Source: an uncultured archaeon
GTDB lineage: Archaea; Iainarchaeota; Iainarchaeia; Iainarchaeales; DTGL01
Assembly (NCBI GenBank): GCA_964551725.1
Contig: CAZKED010000002.1
Location: forward strand, 30,873-94,872
Direction of reading: 5' to 3'
Length of the DNA stretch: 64,000 bases
Below, piece after piece: positions 55,821 to 63,964 of the stretch (the stretch's first letter is position 1; each line of letters starts with the position of its first letter). Under the pieces are notes generated by a model, which saw only the letters and a program-made list of their open reading frames with translations, was not told the origin of the DNA and searched no databases. The position numbers and the translations under genes were made by a program.

Positions 55821-56618
55821 CTATTGTTCCCTTTTCCTGAGCAGTTTCACTGAAAAGGGAAAGGATTCATGGGTGTATTTTACCCTTATGGAGCCGGCTT
55901 CAATTCCTTCTTTTTGCAATGCTTGCCGCAATTTCACGATTATTGTCGCTTTTGCGGTTCCGCCGCTTGGAACGATTATTTTTTCCGGCACGCTTTCCAA
56001 GCCGAGCTTTTCGAATCCCGAGAACACCAGCGAAATTTCCCTCTGGTATGAGGAATTGCTCTTCAGCGTAATTATTGTTTCCCTTTCCTCCCCCGCGGCA
56101 ATGTCTTCCAGAGGGTCAATGTCCGCTATTCTTACCCCCAAATCCTTTGCCAGCACGAGCGTCTGGGTTATGTTCTCCTCCGCTTTGACGGGAAATGATT
56201 CTGTCTTGAAGGGGGAGGGCGCACTTGCCGCTACAACGTAATTTCCCTGCGACACCACGAAATCGTATTCCGCGCTTCCCTGCTTGGAGAGCAGCAGCCT
56301 GCCGGTTTCCGGGTGCATGAAGGAAATTTTGTTGTTTTCTATTGGCTCGCCCTCGGTGTCCTCAACCGAAATGTGCAGCCTTACCGCGGCAGGCAGCATC
56401 AAAGGCCACACGACAAACAGGAACAAGAATACTGCAACGAGCACGGCAAGCCCGAAAACGGCTTTTTTGGGGATTGCGGGCAGTATGGGTCCTTCCCTTG
56501 AATAAAAAGAGGGAATTTTTTCAAGGAGGCTTTTTTCCCTTTCCTCTTCGAATTCCCCGGCTTCGAATGGGTGTATCAAAGGCTCGTCGTCTATTCCCTG
56601 CAGCATGAAAACCATCAC
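55821..56618 (-). CDS. Single-pass membrane protein with beta-sandwich domains
   Basis: One TM helix, then VEDTEGEPIEN..GNYVVAASAP (carboxypeptidase-regulatory-like) and an Ig-like segment. Confidence 0.7.
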   Translation of the reverse strand: MMVFMLQGIDDEPLIHPFEAGEFEEEREKSLLEKIPSFYSREGPILPAIPKKAVFGLAVLVAVFLFLFVVWPLMLPAAVRLHISVEDTEGEPIENNKISFMHPETGRLLLSKQGSAEYDFVVSQGNYVVAASAPSPFKTESFPVKAEENITQTLVLAKDLGVRIADIDPLEDIAAGEERETIITLKSNSSYQREISLVFSGFEKLGLESVPEKIIVPSGGTAKATIIVKLRQALQKEGIEAGSIRVKYTHESFPFSVKLLRKREQ

Positions 56619-56697
56619 TTAAATAATGGGAAAAGGTTATTAATAGTTTTAACTCCATTTATAAAAGGTCATCTGGAGGAAAAAGGGGGCGTTTGTT

Positions 56698-57114
56698 TTG
56701 AAAATTCTTTTCCTGTCCGATTCCGGGAGCGGGGTGAACATTTTCCCCGAAATGGAGGAAAAGCTCGCTGGAGAGATAGCCGATTTGGACATTGATGCAG
56801 AATTTGTTCCGGGCAAGCTCGATTTGCCGAGAAAGGCGCTGTCCCGCGCGAACGAATTCGAGTTAATTTTCGTGCTGTGCCTGCACGAGGAAAAGGACCC
56901 CGAAGTGGACATTCTCAAGGAAAAACTGGTGGATGTGGAACTGCAGGCAGGCACTCCCATAATAAAAGCGATAGAGGAATCCGGAGCGGAGGAAATCGAA
57001 TCCGAGGACCAGAGGGCAATGGAAAAAGAAGCGCTCACGGAAAAATGGTCAGAATTCCTGCTCAATTACTTGTTTCACCCGGACAAATTCGTGCCGGAAG
57101 CGGGTGAAGTGTGA
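56698..57114 (+). CDS. Divergent lumazine-synthase-fold protein (archaeal riboflavin synthase RibC-like)
   Basis: VPGKLDLP resembles RibC VPGIKDLP; C-terminal YLFHP..AG resembles LLFKP..AG. Confidence 0.6.
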   Translation: MKILFLSDSGSGVNIFPEMEEKLAGEIADLDIDAEFVPGKLDLPRKALSRANEFELIFVLCLHEEKDPEVDILKEKLVDVELQAGTPIIKAIEESGAEEIESEDQRAMEKEALTEKWSEFLLNYLFHPDKFVPEAGEV

Positions 57115-57120
57115 ATTTCT

Positions 57121-58248
57121 TCATTCCGTTTTCTTTTTCTTCCCGCGCTTTTTCCCCTTTCCGCTCTTGCGCTTTTTTCCGCCTGCCTTTCTTGCGTCCA
57201 AAAGCATTTTTAGTGCAATCCTTCTCCTGTCTATGGATTCTATTTCCTTTTCCCTTTGCTTGAGCATTTCCTTCAAATGCTCTATTATTTTGTCCCTGCT
57301 CTCCAGGTCCTTTTCCAGTTTTCTCGCGTGCTTGCCCAGTTTCTCCTCTGCTTTTTTTCTCGCCGCTGCCTTGCTTTCCTCCAGTCCCATCATTTCCAGG
57401 CTGTACTTGTTTCTCATTTTAAGCAGGTCATTCTCCATGTCAAGCACGGTTTTCTTCGCGTAATCCCTTTCCTTTTTCAACAGCGCGTTCAGTTCCCCCA
57501 CTTTATCCACGTATTCCTCGTAAGTTCCGCTCATCAAATGCAGTCTTTCCCTCAAATCCATGAACTCCTGCTGCAGTCCTTGGAATTTTCCGCGGTAATG
57601 GTCCCACAGCGCTTCGATTTCCTTTTTATCCGAGTCCATTTTCCTTCCGAGGTCAAGCAAATCTTTCTCCAGATCCGCGGCAACCTCGTCGCGGATTACT
57701 CCCATGAATGTTTTCTTCTTCATTTCGTTGAATTTTTCCCTCAAATCCTGCAGTTCCGATTCCTTTGAAGCCAGTAATTTCATTAAATTTTTTTCCGCGC
57801 TTCCCTCCTCTAATTTTTCCTCAACGCGCTCGCGCTTGAGCGCGATTGCCGTTCTCTCCAGCTGGAATCTCGTGCGCACCAAAATGGAAAGCGCCTTCTG
57901 CTGCAGTGCTGCGTACAATTCGGGCTTTTCCGCTTGCTCGCGGAAATGCACTTCCCGTATCCGCGACTCTTTCTTCCTTTCCATCTGCAGGTTTCTCTTC
58001 AGGAATCCGTCCAGTTTTTCAAAATCCTTCAAGAGTGGAGCAAAATTCAGTTCCTCTCGCAATGGCTTTCCCAGTTTTTTGTCCAATTCACTTAAGCGCT
58101 TTGAAATGTCCCTGAGCGAGTGAATGCATTCCTCGAGTTCGTTGGCAAAAGAATACTGCGAGAATTCCGCCCAGTTCCTGTCCCTCAGGCGGAGGTGCAA
58201 TGCGTTCATTTCATCCAGCGCTTTCTCCAACAACTGCCTTGCGTGCAC
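57121..58248 (-). CDS. Long coiled-coil protein
   Basis: 375 aa, E/K/L-rich heptads, basic tail. Confidence 0.75.
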   Translation of the reverse strand: MHARQLLEKALDEMNALHLRLRDRNWAEFSQYSFANELEECIHSLRDISKRLSELDKKLGKPLREELNFAPLLKDFEKLDGFLKRNLQMERKKESRIREVHFREQAEKPELYAALQQKALSILVRTRFQLERTAIALKRERVEEKLEEGSAEKNLMKLLASKESELQDLREKFNEMKKKTFMGVIRDEVAADLEKDLLDLGRKMDSDKKEIEALWDHYRGKFQGLQQEFMDLRERLHLMSGTYEEYVDKVGELNALLKKERDYAKKTVLDMENDLLKMRNKYSLEMMGLEESKAAARKKAEEKLGKHARKLEKDLESRDKIIEHLKEMLKQREKEIESIDRRRIALKMLLDARKAGGKKRKSGKGKKRGKKKKTE

Positions 58249-58373
58249 GCAAACACCGCATATTATTAATGCAGTACTCTTTAAATTGTTTTTCCGTGGC
58301 TTTTTTTCGTTCAGCGTAAAAAGCGGGCAACATTTTTATTTACCGCCGCACTATTCTTCTGTGAGGCGCTTTA

Positions 58374-59366
58374 ATGGAAGTGTTCGAGGAGAAAGGAATT
58401 CGTGTTTCCGGCTCGGATTTAATAATTGACCCGAGCGCAAAGAGCGATGCAGGCACTGTCATGATATCGCACGCCCACGCAGACCACGTTAACTTTTCCA
58501 ACAGGAATGCCGTGCTCTGCTCTCCGCCCACGCTCTCCCTCATAGAGCAAAACTACAAAAAGGCGAAAAAGGCGAATGCGCTGCGCATGGGCAGTAAAGT
58601 TCCCATGGGCTCATTCTCCCTCGAAGTCCACAACTCCGGGCACATTTTGGGAGCGGTGCAGGCACTGCTCGAGGGGGATAAAACAATTGCCGTAACCTCC
58701 GACTTCAAAATGCAGGACTCCCTCATACAGAAAGGCGCTGTTCCGCTGCATTGCGACACGCTTGTGATTGAAAGCACTTTTGGTCTGCCGAACTACCGCT
58801 TTCCCGAAAGAAGCGAAGTGTACGATAAAATGGCTTCATGGGTGAAAAAAGAGATTAAAAAGAACAATTTTGTGGTGCTCGCGGGCTACAGCACCGGCAA
58901 GGCACAGGAGTTAACAGCGTTCTGCAACGCTTTTCTGGGCATTCCCCCATTGGTGCACTCGCGGATTTACGAGAACAACAAAATTTACGAAGAACACGGC
59001 GCGCGGCTGGGGGAATACTTCAAATTGAACCACAATTTGCAGGATTCCAGCGTTTTAATAATGCCTCCCTCGCTCTGCTCGCAGCACTTGTTCCAGGCAC
59101 TGGGGTATTCCCTGAAGCGCAAGGTCGTGAGCGCGAAAGCCACGGGCTGGAATTACCGTCATCATTTTGACCAAGTTTTCCCTCTTTCCGACCATGCTTC
59201 ATTCGACCAGCTGCTCTCTTACATTGAGCAAGCCGAGCCCTGCAGCGTGCTCACAATGCACGGTTACGCGAATGAATTCGCGCGCTCAGTGAAGCGCAGA
59301 CTCGGGATTCCAGCCAGACCGCTTGAATCAAAAAACTTCCAGCAGTCGCTGCCTGAATTCGTTTGA
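58374..59366 (+). CDS. MBL-fold beta-CASP nuclease (short type)
   Basis: ISHAHADH, SGHILG, ESTFG.P.Y.FP, GKAQEL, LSDHASF, TMHG. Confidence 0.9.
   Translation: MEVFEEKGIRVSGSDLIIDPSAKSDAGTVMISHAHADHVNFSNRNAVLCSPPTLSLIEQNYKKAKKANALRMGSKVPMGSFSLEVHNSGHILGAVQALLEGDKTIAVTSDFKMQDSLIQKGAVPLHCDTLVIESTFGLPNYRFPERSEVYDKMASWVKKEIKKNNFVVLAGYSTGKAQELTAFCNAFLGIPPLVHSRIYENNKIYEEHGARLGEYFKLNHNLQDSSVLIMPPSLCSQHLFQALGYSLKRKVVSAKATGWNYRHHFDQVFPLSDHASFDQLLSYIEQAEPCSVLTMHGYANEFARSVKRRLGIPARPLESKNFQQSLPEFV
59326..59364 (+). repeat. Direct repeat copy 1 (3' end of beta-CASP gene)
   Basis: AATCAAAAAACTTCCAGCAGTCGCTGCCTGAATTCGTTT, 37/39 identical to 60980-61018. Confidence 0.9.
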
Positions 59367-59407
59367 GTTTTGTGCACATTGCCCTGTTTGATTAAAGTTT
59401 TAAAGTT

Positions 59408-59429
59408 GGCTAAATATAATTATTTAGCC
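59408..59429. promoter_or_regulatory. Perfect inverted repeat just downstream of a TATA box
   Basis: GGCTAAATA-TAAT-TATTTAGCC after TTTTAAAG (59398-59405). Confidence 0.5.
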
Positions 59430-59445
59430 TTTGGGCGGGATTCTC

Positions 59446-60189
59446 ATGTCAAAAGTTAGCAGCGCTCTAGCCAAATATAAGCATTGGTATGCCGGCAGGG
59501 TTAGGACTGGAGAGGATGCACTAAATGTTACAGAGATTTTTTCGCATTCAAAGTCCAAAATGGTGAGAGCTTCCCTCAGAGAGGGCAGGCAGGTATATGC
59601 ATTGCCCATTTATGGCGGCAAGGGAATGCTTGAAAAGTGGGAAGTGGATTCGGAGGGAAGCCTTGTAAGGGATGCCAACGGAAAGCCGATTTTCAAGCAC
59701 GGCCCGAAGCAGATTGTTGCAATGTTCCTTTGTTCACCTGAGACCAAAAATATTGGCAGCGATGAACTCGTTGTGGGAAAAGAGGATTCAATGGAAGGCA
59801 TTAGGAGAAGGGAAGCGCTTTCTGTTTTTGAGAGACTGGACCTGAACCCAGATGCAGACGCATACGTTCTTTTCATTAGGAAACCTCAGGAAATAGGGGC
59901 AGCTGTCAGGGGTTTTAGGGAAAGATTGGATGGAATTTTGACCCATGGCCCAAAGTGGAGACCGCCTTACAGGCTTATAATTAAGATGGATAGAAGATTT
60001 ATTGAGCGGCAGGTTATACAGATAGCAGCCCAAACGCACCCCCACCTCAGGACAAGGGCTGTGGCGGATTTTTTCGGACCCCAGTTTATGACCGACCCCT
60101 ACGTCTGGTCCAGAGTGAAGCCAATCATAGAAAAACTAAAAACTCCCGCGGTAGTAAGGAAAGGCAAGAGGGGCACTGCTCGCAGATAA
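59446..60189 (+). CDS. Orphan protein containing a GatE GAD-like insertion domain
   Basis: VTEIFSHSKSKMVRASLREGRQVYAL, SDEL, GI..., LDLNPDADAYVL resemble the GatE GAD segment; ORF open from 59431. Confidence 0.65.
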   Translation: MSKVSSALAKYKHWYAGRVRTGEDALNVTEIFSHSKSKMVRASLREGRQVYALPIYGGKGMLEKWEVDSEGSLVRDANGKPIFKHGPKQIVAMFLCSPETKNIGSDELVVGKEDSMEGIRRREALSVFERLDLNPDADAYVLFIRKPQEIGAAVRGFRERLDGILTHGPKWRPPYRLIIKMDRRFIERQVIQIAAQTHPHLRTRAVADFFGPQFMTDPYVWSRVKPIIEKLKTPAVVRKGKRGTARR

Positions 60190-60226
60190 CCGCCCAGCCC
60201 GGTTAAAATTCTGCCTTTTCATTTTT

Positions 60227-60481
60227 CTAATCAAAAATAATTCTTTCAATTTCCGCCTTCTTTTTTACATTAAGCGAAACATGCAACCCATAAGGGGCCT
60301 TTTTTGGAATTACAAGCCCCTCTCTGATAAGAGTTTTTAATTCCTTTCTAATAGTCTTCCAGTTCTCTTTAGGAGCGCCTTTTGGAATGTTATCAAAAGC
60401 GGTGTGCTTTCCGCCCCACCAGTTGTGCCTGGCCATTTTCTTCAGAATCCAGCGCCTGACTCGAAAAGAAGAAAGTTTCAT
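60227..60481 (-). CDS. Small basic winged-helix-like hypothetical protein
   Basis: 84 aa; WGGKHT, IRKELKTLIREGLV, YGLHVSLN. Confidence 0.7.
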   Translation of the reverse strand: MKLSSFRVRRWILKKMARHNWWGGKHTAFDNIPKGAPKENWKTIRKELKTLIREGLVIPKKAPYGLHVSLNVKKKAEIERIIFD

Positions 60482-60554
60482 AAATTGAAATAATAAGAGT
60501 AAAATATTTAAACTTATGTCTGCTTATGCTAAATAGAAAATATATAGTAAAAAT

Positions 60555-60938
60555 ATGCATTTTAACCATAAAAATATTGAAACCCATAAAATGAATGTGT
60601 TGGACATGGAGAATAAATCCTTTTTTGTGGAGTTTTTCGGGGATTACCCGATAATCAGGGTATTTGATTTTCTTATAGAGAACGACATCTTCGACTACTC
60701 GAAAAAGGACATCTGCGGGAACGCGGATGTTTCGTGGAATACCTTGGAAACGTTCTGGGACAGACTGGAAAAAAACGGAATAGTCAAGTTCACCAGAAAG
60801 GTCGGAAAGGCCAGACTGTACAAGCTGAACGCCAAAAGCCCGCTGGTAAAACAGTTGATTGAGTTGGACAACAAGCTGTTGAAAGAATCGATTGGAGCTG
60901 TTGGCGCTGAGGGAAAGAAAGCAAAGGCCCTTGCCTGA
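60555..60938 (+). CDS. Winged-HTH protein
   Basis: FGDYPIIRVFDFL, YSKKDI..NADVSWNTL, LEKNGIVKFTRKVGKARLYKLN. Confidence 0.82.
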   Translation: MHFNHKNIETHKMNVLDMENKSFFVEFFGDYPIIRVFDFLIENDIFDYSKKDICGNADVSWNTLETFWDRLEKNGIVKFTRKVGKARLYKLNAKSPLVKQLIELDNKLLKESIGAVGAEGKKAKALA

Positions 60939-60979
60939 CTTTCCCGCCAAATTCGAAAAACCGTTTCGCGCGTCCCCGA

Positions 60980-61018
60980 AATCAAAAAACTTCCAGCACT
61001 CGCTGCCGGAATTCGTTT
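60980..61018 (+). repeat. Direct repeat copy 2
   Basis: AATCAAAAAACTTCCAGCACTCGCTGCCGGAATTCGTTT followed by AA; reads SKNFQHSLPEFV*. Confidence 0.9.
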
Positions 61019-61529
61019 AATTGGCGAACCGTTTTTTGTATTCCTGTAACGAGATTATTCCTTTTCTTGAAACCATCCTGTCCGTTGCCAGCACTCCCGA
61101 CAAATGGTCTATTTCGTGCTGCAATAGTTCGGAGAGGTCTCCGCTTGCTTTAAGTTCTTTCTTTTCAAAGTTTTCATCCAGGTACTGCACTGTAACTGAC
61201 CAGTGCCTTTCCACTCTGACAAAAAAAGCAATGTCAAAACTGAAACAGGAATCCCACAATTTGAATTTTCTCTTGCTCTTTTTCACAATCCTGGGATTGA
61301 TTATTGCGTAATCCCTGCCCTTGAAGCGGATGAATATAACCCTTTTCAGCACGCCCAGCTGCGGTGCCGCGATTCCCCTGCCGTACTTTTTCCTTTCCCT
61401 GAAATCAAGCAGCGTGTCCTTCAGGTCTTTGACCAGTTTTTTCACAAGCCTTTTTTCGCTTTTCTTAACAGGCTTGCTCTTTTTCCTGAGGACAGGGTCT
61501 CCAATCAACCGAATTCTTTTGACAGCCAT
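61017..61529 (-). CDS. def: Peptide deformylase
   Basis: GDPVLRKK, GIAAPQLG, DSCFS (EGCLS variant), QHEIDHLSG. Confidence 0.92.
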   Translation of the reverse strand: MAVKRIRLIGDPVLRKKSKPVKKSEKRLVKKLVKDLKDTLLDFRERKKYGRGIAAPQLGVLKRVIFIRFKGRDYAIINPRIVKKSKRKFKLWDSCFSFDIAFFVRVERHWSVTVQYLDENFEKKELKASGDLSELLQHEIDHLSGVLATDRMVSRKGIISLQEYKKRFAN

Positions 61530-61601
61530 AAAAATCTTTCCCAGGCAAAACCCTTTAAATTATGACCCCCCCAATTTTACAGTTCAGCGGAGGTCTCTCG
61601 T

Positions 61602-63401
61602 TTGGCTTCAAAAAAACCGAGGAAAAAGAAAAAACCGGGAAAAGGCAAGAAAGGGAAAAAGCACGGGGCGGCGAAAAAGCGCAGAAAAAAGAACAAATTG
61701 AAATACCCCGAGGCAAGGGACCTGAAGCTAAGCCACAAGTTTGCAGGGGAAATAAAAAAGAACATTGCACTGGAACTCGGCTGGGGAAAGCTTGTTTTTG
61801 CGAACACTTTCAAAAAATCCAGAGAGGTAGCAAAACTTTTATGCGATGAAAAGCGCGGGCAGACAAACATGGCGGTTTACTCCAATTTTCCCCACTTGGT
61901 CATTTCAAAGGCACCGCAGGAAATTTTTTTGGACCCAAGCCACATGTACAGGCTTTACTTGGAAAAATACAAGCCAAGGAAAGGCAAAGCCCCTGAATTC
62001 AACATTGAAAAGCCAAAGGGTCTGCGCGACATAAAGGCAGTGAACGCAATACTCAGGGCAAGAAAGCACGTTACAGCAAAGCCGGAATTCATAAAAGAAC
62101 ACATGAATTCCCGCACAGTAACCCTTTTCGTGGCAAAAGACAAAAAAACAGGAAAAGCAATAGGAACAATTACGGGCATCGACCACAGCATTCTGTTCAA
62201 CGACCCAGGCAATGGCGCGAGTTTCTGGGCTCTCGCGGTCGACCCCCAGGAACCACAGCCCGGCGTGGGCGAAGCGCTTGTAAGACATCTTATAAATTAT
62301 TACAAGAAACGCGGTCTCTCCTATCTGGACCTCTCGGTAATGCACGGAAACAGACCCGCTACGCGCCTCTACAAAAAAATGGGCTTCAGGCAGATTGTCA
62401 CTTTCACGCTCAAGCACAAAAACCCGGTTAACGAGCCGCTTTTCACAGAGCCCGTTACGAGGAAAAAATTCAAGCCCCAGGCACAGGTTATCGTGGACGA
62501 AGCGCGGAGGCGCGGCATAGTGGTGGAAGTGCTCGACCGCGAGGCAGCTTTCTTCGAACTGCGCTACGGCGGAAGAAAAATCAGGTGCAGGGAATCATTG
62601 ACAGAACTGACAAACGCGGTTGCAATGAGCAGGTGCCAGGACAAGGAATTAACGCTGCGCGTTCTCGGAAACGCGGGATTGAATATTCCGGCACAGGCTG
62701 TCGCAGGAACAAAAAAGAAAAACCTCCTGTTCTTAAAAAAACACAAAAAGGTTGTGGTGAAACCGGCGAACAGCGAGGGCGGCCGCGGCATTTCCGTCGA
62801 CGTAAGAAAGCCGGAGGAAATGAGCGCAGCAATAGAAACAGCGGGCAGGGAGAGCGAAAAGGTTTTGCTTGAGGAATACGTGCAGGGCCACGACATACGC
62901 GTTTTAGTAATAGGCTTCAGGGCAATCGCGGCAGTCAGCAGAAAGCCCCCGGTCATAAAAGGCACTGGAAAGCACTCAGTGAAAGAACTCATTGAAAAGC
63001 TGAACAGGAGGAGAATGTCGGCTTCAGGCGGGGAAAGCAGTGTTCCCTTTGACAGCGAAACGCTCCGTTTGATAAAAAGCCAGGGCTTTGATTTGGATTC
63101 AGTTCTTCCCAAGGGAAGAGAGATTCAGGTGAGGAAAACCTCCAACCTGCACACTGGCGGGACAGTGCACAGGATAACCTCCAAACTGCATCAGAGAATA
63201 GCAGAAGCCGCGGAGGAAGCCGCGAGAGCGATAGGCATTCCCGTTACAGGAATCGATTTCATTGTTCCCAGGCTTACGGGCAAAGAATACAAAATAATCG
63301 AGGCAAACGAAAGACCCGATCTCTCAATACACGAAAGGAAAGCGGTTGAAACCTTTTTCGACATGCTTTTCCCGCAGACCGCTGCCGAGAAGGAAAAGTA
63401 A
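61602..63401 (+). CDS. ngg: N-acetylglutaminylglutamine synthetase-like (GNAT + ATP-grasp)
   Basis: GWGKLVFANTF, LDPSH..RL, LAVDPQ, DLSVMH.N, KN.VNEPLF, CRESLTELT.AVAMSRC.DK, NLHTGG, IEANERP. Confidence 0.88.
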   Translation: MASKKPRKKKKPGKGKKGKKHGAAKKRRKKNKLKYPEARDLKLSHKFAGEIKKNIALELGWGKLVFANTFKKSREVAKLLCDEKRGQTNMAVYSNFPHLVISKAPQEIFLDPSHMYRLYLEKYKPRKGKAPEFNIEKPKGLRDIKAVNAILRARKHVTAKPEFIKEHMNSRTVTLFVAKDKKTGKAIGTITGIDHSILFNDPGNGASFWALAVDPQEPQPGVGEALVRHLINYYKKRGLSYLDLSVMHGNRPATRLYKKMGFRQIVTFTLKHKNPVNEPLFTEPVTRKKFKPQAQVIVDEARRRGIVVEVLDREAAFFELRYGGRKIRCRESLTELTNAVAMSRCQDKELTLRVLGNAGLNIPAQAVAGTKKKNLLFLKKHKKVVVKPANSEGGRGISVDVRKPEEMSAAIETAGRESEKVLLEEYVQGHDIRVLVIGFRAIAAVSRKPPVIKGTGKHSVKELIEKLNRRRMSASGGESSVPFDSETLRLIKSQGFDLDSVLPKGREIQVRKTSNLHTGGTVHRITSKLHQRIAEAAEEAARAIGIPVTGIDFIVPRLTGKEYKIIEANERPDLSIHERKAVETFFDMLFPQTAAEKEK

Positions 63402-63436
63402 CAAATAAATTTTTTTGCGGCTTTTTTTGATATTTT

Positions 63437-63694
63437 TCAAATGTTCTTGTAAACCTTCTTCCTGTGCCTTGCCCTCAGGATGAAGAGTTTTTTTGTTGCT
63501 GGGAATTTTTTAATCAGAACCCTGTACCTGCCGACCCTGAATTTATTGTAAGGCGTGCCCTTGACCTTCTCCAAAAAGATTGAATCCTGCGCTCCAAGGG
63601 CTTCCACTTTTTCAACAATTCTTGCAGCCATTGTTTTGTCAACCAGTTTGAGGTCTTTTTTTGAGCGGTTTGTCCAGATTACTTCAAAAGGCAT
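63437..63694 (-). CDS. RelE/ParE family toxin
   Basis: FEVIWTNRSKKDL, KFRVGRYRVL, RHRKKVY. Confidence 0.9.
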   Translation of the reverse strand: MPFEVIWTNRSKKDLKLVDKTMAARIVEKVEALGAQDSIFLEKVKGTPYNKFRVGRYRVLIKKFPATKKLFILRARHRKKVYKNI

Positions 63695-63940
63695 TCAAAG
63701 ACCCAGTTCTTTTTTTATCTGTGAGGTGGTGTAAACCCTGCCTTTTTTAATGTCATCTTCCGCCTCCCTGATTCCGCGCAGTGTTTCCTCACTCAGTTCC
63801 ATTTTGCTTTCCTCGCTTTCCCTTGCCAGCTCAACCAGTTTTTCAATCACTTCCGCATAGGTTTCCCTGGCGTGCCCCTTGAAGGAATCCAGTTCCCTTT
63901 TAACCTTGCGGGGTACTTGGATAGTGGTAGTATCAGTCAA
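63695..63940 (-). CDS. Antitoxin (RHH-like), partner of RelE
   Basis: TTTIQV..KVKRELD, ETYAEVIEKL, IREAEDDIKKGRVYT..IKKELGL; stop abuts the toxin start. Confidence 0.85.
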   Translation of the reverse strand: MTDTTTIQVPRKVKRELDSFKGHARETYAEVIEKLVELARESEESKMELSEETLRGIREAEDDIKKGRVYTTSQIKKELGL

Positions 63941-63950
63941 TATAATCGCC

Positions 63951-63964
63951 TATAGATAACTATA
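63951..63964. promoter_or_regulatory. Palindrome between TATA box and antitoxin start (candidate TA operator)
   Basis: TATAGATAACTATA, 12/14 self-complementary. Confidence 0.4.

Larger units (their letters stand above)
59365..60979. mobile_element. 1.6-kb integrase-less insertion bounded by 39-bp direct repeats
   Basis: Flanking duplication of the host gene 3' end; three accessory ORFs with AT-rich intergenic regions. Confidence 0.6.
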
